The position numbers and the translations under genes were made by a program. DNA of 63,089 nucleotides, counting the filler, from Bigelowiella natans CCMP2755 (Eukaryota > Protista > Cercozoa): the NCBI GenBank assembly GCA_000320545.1. It is 6 parts of 6 records of this genome, joined end to end, with 100 filler letters (N's around TTAATTAATTAA, not from the genome) between each part and the next. Parts side by side here need not be neighbours in the genome. Positions count along the whole stretch, not along the records: positions 46,267 to 55,454 come from ADNK01003601.1; positions 55,555 to 57,690 come from ADNK01002700.1; positions 57,791 to 59,070 come from ADNK01001500.1; positions 59,171 to 63,089 come from ADNK01003640.1; 2 more parts are not named here. One strand, 5' to 3'. How positions within the stretch are numbered: the stretch's first letter is position 1; every line of letters begins with the position of its first letter. The notes under the pieces were generated by a model. It made no database searches, was not told where the DNA came from, and saw only the letters and a program-made list of their open reading frames with translations. Below are positions 46,819 through 60,729 of the stretch, piece by piece.

Positions 46819-47762
46819 TACCCGCCATTTGGAGGAAAGAAGCCGCTGGGCCATTAGGTTCGCGATCAGCTCACGCAGCAACCCGACGTCAGAAAAGGTG
46901 TACGACTGTTTCGAAACGAAGGAGGGGGGAGGGAGGGGGAGGGGGGGGGGGGGGTAGATGACCGGCTTATCGAATACAGGTCCTCCCATGTCTCAACTCT
47001 CATATTGAAAATCTTCCTTCCTATGTGTGCTCACCCTACTCCCTCAGCCCCCCCATCACTACGCGCGCAATACTGTGTTTTTATTTTCGTCCCGGTGTCG
47101 AGGAGGTGGTGTTCGTTGTCCCTACCTTTGCCACGCGAAACAAGAAGCGGTCAAAGAGCTTGATCTCGGCCGCGAGAGCATCCGGGGCGGGGGGGGTCTG
47201 CTTTTGGGGCGACTGCTTCGTGGCCACGACTTCGGAGATCTGGCGGAGGATGTCCAAGTCCTCCGCCGAGAACTTCAGCACGCGGTTGGCCGCCATACTT
47301 CAATTAGCACCTGCCCCTCCCATCCTTCCTTCATGAGGGCGGTGGTGAGGGATCATCATCATTGGGGAAGAAGAAGAAGATAAAAGATACAGGGGCACTG
47401 TGCCAGGAAGGCAGGAAAACGTCTGGGGAACATCATAGTTCAGATGACGCGGAGAGACCGATACTGTTCGCTGTAACGCCAGCGTAACGGCTGCATTGCA
47501 CTGACGTACATGTACTTGAAGTCCTCCCAGAAAAAACCAAAGAAAAGGGAACAACGAAGGAAACGCCATACGTTTTCGAAAGTGCGACAAGAGAATATAC
47601 CGTCATTTTTAGGTGAATTCGACGGCATCTGCCAGCCGCTCTCGCATGCGAGAGAAGGACGATCGGCCATTGGCGAGCGAGGAGGAGCGGCTGGACATCT
47701 TCCCATAGAAAGATAGATGTCAGCATCAGCATCGCAAGCAGCAGCCCAAAGAACTCCTTCAT
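46819..47762 (-). CDS. Probable spliced gene(s) of unknown function
   Basis: Protein-like exons MAANRVLKFSAEDLDILRQISEVV..AEIKLFDRFLFRVAK and YTFSDVGLLRELIANL with GT-AG borders. Confidence 0.4.
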
Positions 47763-48988
47763 GCGGGGATTCTCTCCTCAGAGCCACAAGACCGGGGGCA
47801 CCAAGTTTGCAAATCCCATTCTTCGCAGGCCCCCACTAGCCCACCCCTCGCTGGACAAGCTCATTGCGTCTCTCACACAGTGGCAACACGTGTGAAGCCT
47901 CGTGCACTACAACGTACACTTCTGTACATGATCCTGCTAGTTAGCACCCGAAATTGTTTGTGGTTGATCGCCATTTCCCCCCTCTTCCTCGTCTGATGTC
48001 GTCACACTGCAGCGCGCATGCTGGCATGGCCCCCTTCGCTGGGGGTTTCTGTCTGCGCATCACCGCGACAGCAATGAACACGTTAGCTAGGCAGTAGCTC
48101 ATTCGTGTCGATTCGATGCACAGTGTAACAAAACAGTGTTGCATCGCGCCAACCACATTTGCGACATGTCGAACCCCAGCTAGCCAGAACCACCGCAACA
48201 TGCGCATGTGCGGCGTTAGGTGGGTGTGCACTGATCTAGCTGATGCAGGCCAGCGCTAGCAGGAGGCTTGGATTTGATGACGAATGTGCTGACATGACGA
48301 AAGCGTGCTCACACTACTGTTCTGCATGAGTCGCGGAGTGTGCGATTGAAGCATGCAACATTGGCGCATGTGAGCCATGCGCACAGACAAACGTGTTTCA
48401 TCATTGGTCGATCTCATTGCGCTCAATGCATGAACAAGGCAACGTGCACGTGCGCGCGCATCGCATGCTAGCATGCATGAGCTGCGACACGATGGTCATC
48501 GACGGCGATCAAATTGTAATTGTGATGAACACTTTCTTAAATGACGGATGATGATCTGTTTTCGAACATGGAATGCAGTCATTTATGCTCGCATGTCATG
48601 CATGCACGTACGCAGGCCCTTGCCCGATCATCACAGTGATTGTGTGCGATGTGCGGCTCAAAACGCAGCCAAGAGATCAAAAGACAGCCGCACGATGCAT
48701 TCTATCATGATAATAGATTGAGGAATGGAATGGAAATCAGTTGCTTGCAACCACTGCAAGCACGTGTTATTGAGTTATCAACGTACGCCCTTTGCATATG
48801 TGGGCACGCCGGCGTACAACAATCGCGAATAAGAAGGCTTTTCGCTGATGGCCACCTTGTGCAAAAGGGTCGGCAACACATCTATACATGGCATCTCTTA
48901 AGAGACAGACGGAATTGAGGAAAAACAAAATCATGTATTTATCTTAACAAAAGAGAGAGAGAGAGAGAGAATATATCTTCCGTCTCCG

Positions 48989-49025
<37 letters not shown>

Positions 49026-49197
49026 ATATGTCTGTCCTCTTAGAATGGACCACGAACGACAAGAACAAAGGCCAAAGACAAGGAAAAAGAAAGAATAAGA
49101 ACGAAAAAGAAGAAGGAAAAACAAAAGGTTACACGGCAAGCAGAGAGGCTTGCAAATGAAAAACTACGTCGTTATATATCCGATACTCGACAGATGT

Positions 49198-49241
<44 letters not shown>

Positions 49242-49377
49242 CCATATCTGCCACGTCCTCAAAAAACAGAGAGACTTTTCACATTGGCATGTGATGTTTT
49301 ATATCTTGAAACTCCATGATTTGAGTACATATTTTCTGCAATGGACGACGACGCATCAAACGGCCGATGATTGTCTA

Positions 49378-50809
49378 TCACTCGAGCGCCTTCGCGCTCT
49401 TCGCTCCCTCCCTCTCCACCTCCTCCTCCTCCTCCCTCTGCTGCTCCTCTCTCTTCACCCGCTGCCATACTGCCCTGGCCTCTTCGATCGTCTCGACCCG
49501 CTCAGCTCCGAAGATATAGGGACAACGACGATGTAGCTTCTCTACAGCGCGTTTGGCAGCGCCTTGTATGCTCACGCTGATTCGTTACGAAACAAAAGGG
49601 GAGAGGATTAGGGCAGGGGGTGGGGGATCAAGGGCTGCCATGGCGACTAAGATGATACTTAATCCACTACTGCTGCTATTGGTGTGCCACATACTCTCTC
49701 GAAGCCTGAGATTTAGCTACGGAAGTGAGGAGGAGCACGTTCATTAGAAGATCTCCCAGCTCGTCTGCGTTTGAAGTAGACACTGCGTCAGGCAATTGTT
49801 ACGAAGAGGGGGGGGAGGGGAGGGGGGGGAAAGGGGGGAGAGGGATTTGGCAACGCGACTCAAAAGCTTCAACCCTCCCAAATCCCCTCCCGTAAACACA
49901 CAAGAGAGGGAGATTGATATATGTATACATGGACAGGAAGAAGGAGAGAGAGAGGGAGAGAGGGGCCAATTGCATCCCATTGCTCACCACAAAAGCCGAG
50001 AGCGTCGTACATGACATAGTAAACACAAGAACAGCATTTCTACACCTTCAAGTTTGTTGTCGCCCTCTTTCCTTGTGCTACGACTCGTATCCGGCGTAAA
50101 CGGGCTAATATCGAGATGCTCCTGGACTTCATCCACCTCGGACACTAAGTACTCTATTATAGACTGGGGGAGAGCAGAGGCAGGGAGATAGGTGATAGAT
50201 GATGATGCTGGTTTATGACTGAATACGAATGCAAGCGTCACGAACACACAATGCCTTTCCGACGTGCACTACCGACTCAATTACAATAAGCCGATGCGAA
50301 ACGCCGCATGCATACCCGACGAAACGTACCTCGGGTGTTTGATCCAATGCCCAAGGACACTCGTTAGTTACACGATTGACGGCCTGATGATGATGGTGAT
50401 GACGATGACCATGATGATGATGAGAGGTTATGTGTGTGATGATGTGCCACATGTTTGTGTGTCATACAGATAGTCAAGCACGCTTCTACTGAAGCGCCTT
50501 CATTCCCACCTCCTGCAGCTGCAGAATTGGGTTCTCAGCCTCGCATTCATCTGAAGGAGATTCTTCCCCTCCCTTCGCCGACAACACACGGAGGGGTCCT
50601 CCGCAACGAATTTGGTCTTCGTGGCCCCAATGTCTCAGACGGCCTTCCGTCAGATACTGCCTCGAATGTTTTCTGCTCGGAAGCTTTCTCCCCAGACGAT
50701 CGAGAATGTTTATTGTGGAATATATTTTGGATCTTCCCCGTGTCATCCTACCCGCTCCCAAGCGGAGAAACATCGGCTTGGAGTCAACGTGCATGGCCAT
50801 GAGCGCCAC
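49378..50809 (-). CDS. mazG: MazG-family nucleoside triphosphate pyrophosphohydrolase, spliced, with long N-terminal extension
   Basis: Exons ILQLQE|AVNRVTNECPWALDQTPE|SIIEYLVSEVDEV..|ADELGDLLMNVLL|..VEKLHRRCPYIFG..VWQRVK match the MazG CPW, ELGDLL and KLxRRHPxVF motifs. Confidence 0.88.
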
Positions 50810-51389
50810 GATTAACAGAATCGCAGAGCTGAGAGATGTTATCCGGCTGAACTTCAGAGAGGTACCAACAACACAATATGATCATGAACATTGACCTGGG
50901 GCGACGTTCGCCTTCAACTGTGATTCGGGCCGCAGTTCCCCGCCCCATCCCTACAGAGCTTGCAGGGCTTCTTCCGAAGAAATCGAAGAGACGTATCAAA
51001 GTTATTGACCTTGATTCTTAGATCGCGTCAATAGTTTTCGATGTCGGATACTCAAAAAGGATCACCACTCTTTTAGCTTTTGGCTCGACACGTAATCTCC
51101 ACCCACGCGACTGAAGGACTTTTGAAATGTTAGAGAGAAACAGCCAGCCTTTTACTTCCCCCTCAGGAGAAAGGCTGAGCGTTTTCCCACAAGAGCTTGT
51201 TCTCTGCTGAGGCATTCTCTCGTTGCGACAAGCTTGGATATGCCTGCCGTAGATAGAAAACCTCCTGCGTTCTTCACGACGCCGGGTCGGGAAAGGAAGC
51301 AACAGCAAAACGCAGGGGATTTATTAATCTATATAATGATTTTTGATGTCTCTCAGTTGAAATCGAAGACACTTTCTGAGCATAGCTCG

Positions 51390-51963
51390 ATGGAGCCCGA
51401 CCTTTCTGCTAAGTCGAGTACCGACGTGCCAACTCCCAATTCCAGAGGCGAAGCCGAGCAGAAGGTTTGCATCCGCTATTTTTTCATCCTTAGAAGAGGC
51501 TGTCTTCGACCTCCAGTCGATGTAGTTATCATTTTGAAAAGGTCACTACGGAGGAAGACCCAGTTCTCAGTATCTTCTCCACTGTTAAAACGTGGTTCCT
51601 TTCGGATGAGAAGGGGGTCAAATCGAGCACCTTCGATCCCGCTTCGGAATTCAAAGGCAAGGTGGTCGTAGTTCTCCTTTTTCAATCATGGTGCAAAGGG
51701 TAATATTATTTACACGAGAAGTCCTGAAACTAATGCGTATGCTGCCTGTGACAGTGCCAGAGCAAGCGTGTCAGTACCCCAAAGACAGTCAAAAATGCTA
51801 TTGCGATTCTATTTGCTGTCTGAAAACGATAACGCTTTGCTGTATTAGTTGCCATACATACACCGAGCTTGGAGTGAAGAAAATGGTCGAGATGTTTCGC
51901 AATGAGTCTAGAGTACGTTTCGCTGCGGTCCAGACAGTTTTCGAAGGGTTTGACCATTCATAA
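51390..51963 (+). CDS. Hypothetical spliced protein (5' end possibly near 50800)
   Basis: Short exons with canonical splice sites (MEPDLSAK..EQK|VTTEEDPVL..|..VKKMVEMFRNESRVRFAAVQTVFEGFDHS*). Confidence 0.35.
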
Positions 51964-52910
51964 GTCGACGGCAATACTAACAACGATATCTTATGATTTG
52001 AAAATGATAGCACTATAGATAGGTCCAGTCATTTGCATGTTGTTACCATTTCTCTTTTGTTGTGTATTTCGTATCTGCAACGTGATGTCGTATGTGCTCT
52101 GCTCCGAATTCAAGCTTCAAAGAGAACACACCAAAGAATGCTAAAGAGTTCCAGAAAGAGCACCAATTACAATTCCCTGTGTGAATAATGCACAATCATA
52201 GTAACAACTTATGTAAAATAAAGTATCACACGGTGTGATGTATGTGTGTTTCCGATGAATGTCTGAAAATATTTAAACAATATATATGTGTATATATATA
52301 TATATATATTTATATATATTTATATTTATATAAAAGTAAAAATATTTATTCAAATCATGCACATTAACCATTTGTACTTCAAGCATATTTCATTATACAT
52401 GGCGAGCTACTATGGTCTTTATAGCCCCGCATACACGAAATTGGTGGCATTTTCAAAATCTAAGTCCGTCTGATGAAGGTTGGTCACGATTCTCCCCTGG
52501 ATACAAGTTCGATTTTGTCCTCCGAACTTGAGGCCCTTGCTAGCACGCCGAAATCAAGTGAGCTGCCATCAGCCATGATGATGACGGTAAGTTTCAAAAG
52601 TGCATCATTCGTTCGCTCTGCATGCTCATTGAACTCGCTCTTCCCCATCATTTTCACATCCTTGCAATCACATTGCTCTGCCCATCAATGTGATCTGTGT
52701 TTGCATACATTTTTTTTGTGCCAGCTTGGAGCCAAGGGAACTCCATGGAGTGTGATGATGGCTCCGGCAAAGGACGGCAAAATGAGATTGCTGTTCAACG
52801 ACTTCAGGTTTCCCAGTCTAGAGCATTTTCAGATGCTTGTACGTGAAGGATTGCAGCACACTTCATCCTAGAAAAATTTTGTGCGCCCCACATGCACTTC
52901 ACACATGTAA

Positions 52911-54160
52911 TTGGATGAAAAACACGTGCACAGTGCAGTGTGCTTGCCCTCCCGCATTGCGAAGTTCCCGCACTCCATGCTAGCATGCTCAAATGAGTCC
53001 ACCCAGCCAGCCAATGATTTTTTGGTTGCCGAAACAAGGAATCGAAAAGGGGGAACAAGGAGCGAGGACAGAACAAGTCAGAGGAGAAGGAAAACAAGTG
53101 CGTTGGGGTCGATGCATGCACCGTCTCAAGTGTGAGCATCGCCATTGTGATTGATCAAACTAGCAAAGATGGAAGGCGTGGAGTCCAGTGTGCTTGCACA
53201 TTGCCATGCCAGCATGTTGCATTCATGTCAGTGCAGCAACCAGCAACGTGTGCGCCGGTGTGCCACGTCTGGACAAAGCGCACCTGCCTGTGCAGTTTCA
53301 GAGTTTTGGAGTTGTCGTGTGCGTGATTGCCAGGTTGTGTGCCAGGTTGTGTGCCAGCTCACATCCCGCTGTGCACACGGCCCAGCTGTTGGTGCAGACG
53401 CACGGTTCCCATTCTTTGAGTCAAATTGCTTGATCTGCCTTCCAGCTCTGGAGCTTTGGCTGCTCTGCGGTGCTTTCTGGCTTTGTCGTTGCCAAGTTGG
53501 GAAGTGACCTCGACAGCCCTGCGGGAGATGTTTTGGTCCAGCTGGCCAGGTCTCTGCAACTGACCACTGGACTAGCGCGAACCGTGTGCGTCAGGACGAA
53601 AGAGCATTGCATTGCACGGCTCAACATCACACAAGAAGACTACACGAACGACAAGTGAAGGAAAATTGTTCACTTCCAACGGTTCAGCCGAAAGGATCAA
53701 AGGAAGTGCTCAGTTTCACCTTTTCCAGTTTTCCTCTGCAAGGAAAAAACCCACAAGGAAGTGACATGAGTGAGTGCTAGAGTGAACGGGCAAAGCAAAG
53801 CAATGCCAGCTGGGAGGATCGTCAGGAGTGCTGACTCGCCCACTTCCTCTCCAAACAGCAAGACACCCAAGGAAAGTGAAGGCGAAGCACAAAGAAGAAG
53901 AATTGTCACTTTGTGAAGAAAGAAAGAAAGCCATTTCGTTGGAGCGGTTGAAAAGGGTGATCGAACTCCCTGTGGTGGAGTGCATTCAAGATCAAATGAA
54001 TGATTGAACAAATTGATTCCTGACATCATCGGCATTGAAGAAAGTGACAAAGAGATGGAAGATTCGTGGTGTTGGTGCACACTTGCCACTGATGACCCAC
54101 CCATCCCAACCAAAGAACATGAACAATGAGCACCGAAGAAAAACGCAGTCCGTTTCTCGC
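52911..54160. other. TpA-depleted intergenic island containing a decayed coding relic
   Basis: Hand count: 5 TA in ~1250 bp (4 CTAG, 1 CTAC). Confidence 0.85.
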
Positions 54161-55048
54161 TAATTTTGTTCACGAATCCCAGTTTGCCGCTCTTTCGCCC
54201 GAATGCTCAAACTACCTGCATTCAGACTGATCAAACAGTCGATTTGAACGCAGGACCCAAAATGTGTGGAGAAGAATTGCTGACTGCGACAACAGAAAAG
54301 GCGAGAAATCGTGCAGAAAAACGGTGGGGTGTGGTAGCATCTTCTCTTGGCTGCGTTTCCACCTTTCCATTTCTCTTTGCTGGTTTGTCGGAAGGTCGGA
54401 AGGGGCGATGCCTTGCGTTCCTCGCCCCAAAAACGAATCTGTGCATGTCTTCGAACGGAAATCCATGTCGTTTTTGCCGCCTTTCTTCCTGCAGCTGCGT
54501 AGACCAGGTAGAAAGCACTTTCGGAAAAAATAAATATCTATAAAATCGCCTGCGTTTTCACTTATGCGCAGCCATAGCGACTCGATCTGGCAGAAATATC
54601 TCCCGCGTTTGCCCATCGCCTCGTTCAAAATCAGGCTCTGGAGTCTCGTCCTCTCTGTGCTCTCAAACGAAAAGCCCACCAGCCTTCTCTGCTAGTTAGC
54701 AAGTCGGAGCCGCTCGCCTCGTGGCACCTAGGTCCAGAGCACAGCCCAATCGCCGAATTCAACGGGGGAGAGAGATTCTCTTGTCGTATCAGCACTCTCA
54801 CACAGAAGCAGAACATAGGGAAAATGGAAGTCTTGCCTGCAGCCCGCCCCTCTCCCACCCTCAGAAAACAGGGAGGGAGACTGAGTGATAGGCGGAATTT
54901 AGTGGTGTTGGTCACATTCTGTGCTGTTGCAGCAGCTGCTGTAGCAGGATCTATAATTGGGTTCAGCTCTAAGTCCAATGGACGATTCATGGGCGGGTGA
55001 GACGATTTTATATTATTTCCCTGACTCATTGTTTCTTGTTCTATATAC

Positions 55049-55091
<43 letters not shown>

Positions 55092-55953
55092 CTGAATACA
55101 ATCCCTTTTCAATATCACAGAACGATGCCTCACCGCTCGGCGAGGAAGGCCTCTTTCTCGCCCACCACCTCAGCTCCACAGCAGATGCGGGCCCGCCATG
55201 CCTATGCAAGTTTCGATTCGCAGCAGAAGCATCATCATCAGCAGCAATCACCTGCGCCCATGAATATCGAGTAATATAGGCACTTGCTCCATGGAAATGA
55301 GGAAAAGGAACAGGGAGGGGGGGGGGAGAGTTGGGAGAATACCACCTGCTAACTACTACGGGCTATGCGTATCGAAGCATTGGCGGTGTTGTGTGGTATA
55401 GATAATCTCCATGATAACTAAACTCGTTCCTCCCCCCCCTCTTTCCCAAACCCTNNNNNNNNNNNNNNNNNNNNNNNNNNNNNNNNNNNNNNNNNNNNTT
55501 AATTAATTAANNNNNNNNNNNNNNNNNNNNNNNNNNNNNNNNNNNNNNNNNNNNTCGAATAGCCCTAATAGAGACTAGCTGCAAGTGACGAGTACATCCA
55601 GTCTTTGATAGTCGTAGATCTTATGCCGGAGGTGGCAAACACGATATGTCTGTGGAGATCGATCCTACATTCTGGATCTCCTGATCCCATTTTTGTCCTC
55701 CATGACTAGGTGAAGTTTGAATGTGGGTGGGATGGGGGGTTATCGTTGGGGTGAGAGGAATGCGAAGCATGAAAGTGAGGATAAGCGCCATATATTCGTT
55801 TATCCTCCCCCCCCCCCCCCTCCTTGAAGAGCAACCCTTAGGCGAAATAATCGCGTGAAAACAGCGAAAGTATTGTTTCCTTGGAGAGTGGTAAAACAAG
55901 CGCTGCTCGGTCGTTATATAACGATAGAGATCCGCACATTGTGTACGTGTATT

Positions 55954-55988
<35 letters not shown>

Positions 55989-57400
55989 AGGCGTGTATTA
56001 TGTAGGCAAGAAGCAGCCGCACCGTATGCACGTTTGTCTATTCTTCAAGACCCAAGGAGCCTTTGCAACCTGTGTGAAATTGAATCGCGAAACAACAACA
56101 ACAACAACAACAACAGCACACGATGAGCTTCATCACTTCATCGTGACCCCCCTCCCCCTCCGCCTCATCATCGCAGTTATGATCGATTATCGTTAGTTAT
56201 TGCAAACGACTACTACAGCTACTGCTACTACTGCTACTAAAAATAAAACTATCAATGATAATGAAGATAATAATACCCATTGGCATAAACAGGAGCAAGC
56301 TGATGAGAAGATGCGATCCCTATTCACTCGTGACCTGCATCATCGTCACCACGCCATCATTACAATCCTCCTCCTCCTCATCATCATCACCCTCCCCATC
56401 ATCATCGTTATGTGGGAGAGGAAGAACACCATGTTGTTAAGTAAATTGCGCAGCAACTCTCTCTTGCAGCCAACGCCGAAGCAGGCCAAAAAGAACACGG
56501 AAAACATCTACACGAACGCAGGGCCGTGCGAGATGAAACGAAGGTTTTTCTCGGGCCTCCCCTCTGCATCATGCAAATTAGGCAGCAGCAGTAGTAGAAG
56601 TGGTTGTGGTTATAGTAGTAAGTACCCCATATCATCAGCGGGCTTCCCCTCCACCACCTCAGTGATATTGTCTGAAAAAATAACATATATGTATATGTGT
56701 ATTTATGGATTTATAATATTGTATACAAAAAAATATCAGCATACGTTTATTTCTCTCTCTCCCTCTTCCCCCCCCCCCCCACCCCCCCTACGTCGGTGGT
56801 CAGTAGAGTAGTATTGTGCGCGTGCGACGACGCTCTATTATGATCGGAGGAAGTATGAAATGCTGATAATGAGCACTATGTTTATTGGATGGTGATAGCG
56901 ATGAAGATGTTGTAATCGTTTCTATCGTCGTCGTCGTTGTTGTTGTTGTTGTCATCATACGCTTAAAGTCTTGGATATATGCGCAAAGATGGCTTAAGAA
57001 ATTCTCCACACGGTTTTCTGTACGTCGCAGTAAAGGGGTGGGAGGGGGGAGGGGCAGAAAACATAATGAAAGCATTTCTCAAAGTCAAATCGAGAGCTCC
57101 TCCATTCAAGTTACGTCGGGGTGAAGAGGGGGCGGGGGCGGGATTCAACCAAGGGAAGCACGCTATATTTGTTTACACTCCGTTTATTATACGCGTCGGA
57201 GTACCTTGTCTTGAGCGACGTATGTGATCATGAAGATCGGCCATTGCTGAGTAGCATCATCATCCTCATCATCATCATCATCATCATCACCTCCTCCATC
57301 ATGTGCATGGTGTGTGGATATCATCACACACACAGTCATTCAGTGGGTCGATAGGGGCACAGCGCACACCCACGCTGCTGCTGCTGCTCTACATGGAGAG

Positions 57401-57453
<53 letters not shown>

Positions 57454-58119
57454 TGGCAGAGAGAGACTTCTAATTCGAAATTTAAAAAGGCTGCTCAAAC
57501 GAGTAAGGCACCGTCGTTTATGATGATGTTTATGTTTATGATGATGAGGAGGAGGATGAGGCGGAGTAGGGGTTGATGTTAGTCCTCATAGACGTGGTTG
57601 TTGGAGGGGTGGTATGAGGGGGGTGATAATAGTAGGGGTGCCCAAGAGGAGGTTTGTGGGGATCCGAGTTGGTGGCCGGCCGTCGTTGTTNNNNNNNNNN
57701 NNNNNNNNNNNNNNNNNNNNNNNNNNNNNNNNNNTTAATTAATTAANNNNNNNNNNNNNNNNNNNNNNNNNNNNNNNNNNNNNNNNNNNNGCCGAATATT
57801 TCTATGCTCTTGACGTAAGGACTCGATGTTAGATATTGTTGCTGCAATGAGAGAGAGAGAGAGAGAGGGGGTGTTTGTGTGTTTGTGTACGCTAATGGCT
57901 GAGACTTGTGATATTGATTTTTTGTATGAATCATATTGGGAAAAAGTCCTCCCCCCCCCCCCCCCCAACCAAGCACGAAGGAAGAAACGGTTCGCATCAT
58001 CGTTACTCGATAATCCCTCCCCCCCCCTTCTTCCTGTCATCGGCATTCCTTACACAGGTTGGGGAAGGAGGAAGTAAATTGGCTGCATTCGTATATCCTG
58101 CCACATGGTACTGACTACG

Positions 58120-58160
<41 letters not shown>

Positions 58161-58708
58161 TTCACATATCACAGTTACATAAGTGCTATGTATGTGCTAT
58201 GATCATCATCATGATCATGATCATCATCATTGTCATCATCGACATCATCATTCTTTCTCTCTTCGTATATTATTGTTGTACACATTGCTATTATTATTAT
58301 TATTCCTCAGGGGCTTCACACATTTTGTCTTTGAAGGACTGGCAGTTTTACTCTGCCAGAAAGGTCATCACGCACGCTGCTGCTTCTCCTTTCATCAAAT
58401 ATACACTCATCCCCATCCTCATTAGAACGTATACGATTTCTGCTTGCAAGCTATAATCGGCATACGAATCAGCCGGCACCGACGATTTTTGCCCCCCGCG
58501 TTGCAGCTATTATTTTCCACGTCGCTAGACCGAAAAATAACGATAGTTTCCGTATCGAAGCACGCACACAACATGATAAAACTCGGTTGCTGCAATGCAT
58601 GCATGGAAAATTGCAGGTGTTGGAGAGCTGGCCAGCCGTGCAGCGATAAAGTAGGAAAATCATTAAGGAAAAATTAAGAACGAGGAGCTTAGCTAGGAAT
58701 GGGGGGGG

Positions 58709-58755
<47 letters not shown>

Positions 58756-58768
58756 AATTCTCTCTGTT

Positions 58769-58828
<60 letters not shown>

Positions 58829-59170
58829 GTGGAGAGGGGAGGGGGAACTAGCGGATGTTATGGTTCTGATGATATATGGTATGGTGTCAGATGGGGGTCA
58901 TCTTCGGAGTGTGGACAGGGGCACAATTATGGCCTGGATTCTTATATAAACCGTAATAATATGTAGAATGAATGATGCACACACGTAAATACTGATATAT
59001 AACAGATGTTATATAATATATTATGTAGTAGACTATAAACAAGCCACTTCTTTTGGTGTCTCTCTCCCCTNNNNNNNNNNNNNNNNNNNNNNNNNNNNNN
59101 NNNNNNNNNNNNNNTTAATTAATTAANNNNNNNNNNNNNNNNNNNNNNNNNNNNNNNNNNNNNNNNNNNN

Positions 59171-59675
59171 GGAAAATACTCCTGTGAGTGTTTTACGCGA
59201 TCGCATTCTATGTGTTAATAATAAGCGCATGTCTGTTTTATTTATCATCGCACCTGGACCCAATCGATGTAATCCAACCATGGAATTAGGGGATCTGGCC
59301 CCTTGTACGTCTTAATCTTCTCCTCGAACTCACTGCAAAAAATATGGTATCATGCTGTTGTATGGCTTCCTCGTCCGAACCATAAAATACCTTCGTTTGT
59401 TTTTGAAGAAGGATTTCGCTTGCAGGGGTTTTTCCTTTTATGTAGCAGGAATCTTTATGTAAGGTTGCACGGTTGATCGAAAGGATTGCTTTTACCGTCT
59501 TCTGGAGAGCGGAAAGAAGCTTCTTCGGATTTCGTCCTCGTTTGAGAGGTTGGATATTTTCTTTGGATCCCTCGATCTCCTATATTAAATTTTGCTTAGT
59601 CACACGGGAAAAAAATTTAGGGCGAGCATTCACCTCGAAGGAGATGGAAGCCAGAGCCGTTGGAGCCGCCATCAT
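59171..59675 (-). CDS. BUB1: Spindle checkpoint protein BUB1/MAD3 family, 5' exons (continues into gap)
   Basis: MMAAPTALASISFE|EIEGSKENIQPLKRGRNP (KEN box) ..|EFEEKIKTYKGPDPLIPWLDYIDWVQ|EYF, the Mad3/Bub1 N-terminal motifs. The exons are too short to appear in the ORF track. Confidence 0.85.
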
Positions 59676-60533
59676 GAAATGTGCCAGGTTCAGATCCCTG
59701 ACTTTCATGAGGAGTTATGCATTGTATTTGGCACTAAGACATCCGTGAATGCATGTCGTATATTTGTTTCACAGTACGTTTCGGAAAAGGTAAAAATGTA
59801 GAAGGATCATGAAATGCCTCATGTCCAGAATAGGTCGTAATTCTCTCTGTACGACTGTCCACAATTATTGTCGTCTTTGGTTTCCAGCATGCTTTTCAGT
59901 TCTGATTCAGGATTCTTACGAATGCCTTCCATTTTTCTCGTTAATCTCATGCTGCCTCTTAAGACATAAGTGAGATCTATAATTAGTTAGAAAATATTAT
60001 ATCTCCCAAAAAAATAGCTAAGAATGACATGTGTAACATCTAAAAGATGATAAATGGAAACGTTTTTGCGATTTTCCTCTTAAAAAGTAACAGCTCTTAG
60101 TCTACAAACACTGAATCTTAGTACTCAAAGTGTCTGCAACAGGGGAGGGTGCACTCGCGCAGCACCGCCGATCGAGGTCTCGTCTTTCCCATTATTTCCA
60201 GTGTTAGTTTATAGTTTCTGTCCATATCTCCCTCGTCTTTTCATCTTGGCTTCGTGTTCAATTTTGAATGTGCTTCTTGGAGCACCAATGTTTTCCATGA
60301 TTTGCTGACTCGATACCCGAAGATAGGAAGATAGGGGCCTTGCGCTCGCTTTCTAAGAAACCTTAAATTCGTAAATAATAAAATTCTGTCTACTTGTTAC
60401 ATGAAACAAGCAAACCATCCGCAAGCGTATTCAACAAAGATTGTATCAGTGATGAGGGGATTTGCATGAACTATGTAGACAACTTCTGGTTATCTACATA
60501 TCCTCCTCTCACCAGGAGTGAATCCTTGCAACC

Positions 60534-60673
60534 ATGGATATGGACAATAAGGGATGGTTGTACAAGCGAGGAAACATAAGAAAGGTGATAAAACTAGCAC
60601 GTTGGATTGAAAGAAATGTATGATACCCAGTTCTCAGAAACATCTCTTCTCTAACCCCCTCTCTCTCTTTCTC

Positions 60674-60729
<56 letters not shown>

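Noticed and set aside
55555-58680. Probable minus-strand exons between gaps, possibly a BUB1 continuation
   Set aside because: No consistent frame or recognisable motif could be assembled by eye.
58710-58826. (CT)n...(AG)n hairpin
   Set aside because: Complementarity arises from two common SSRs; little unique-sequence pairing.
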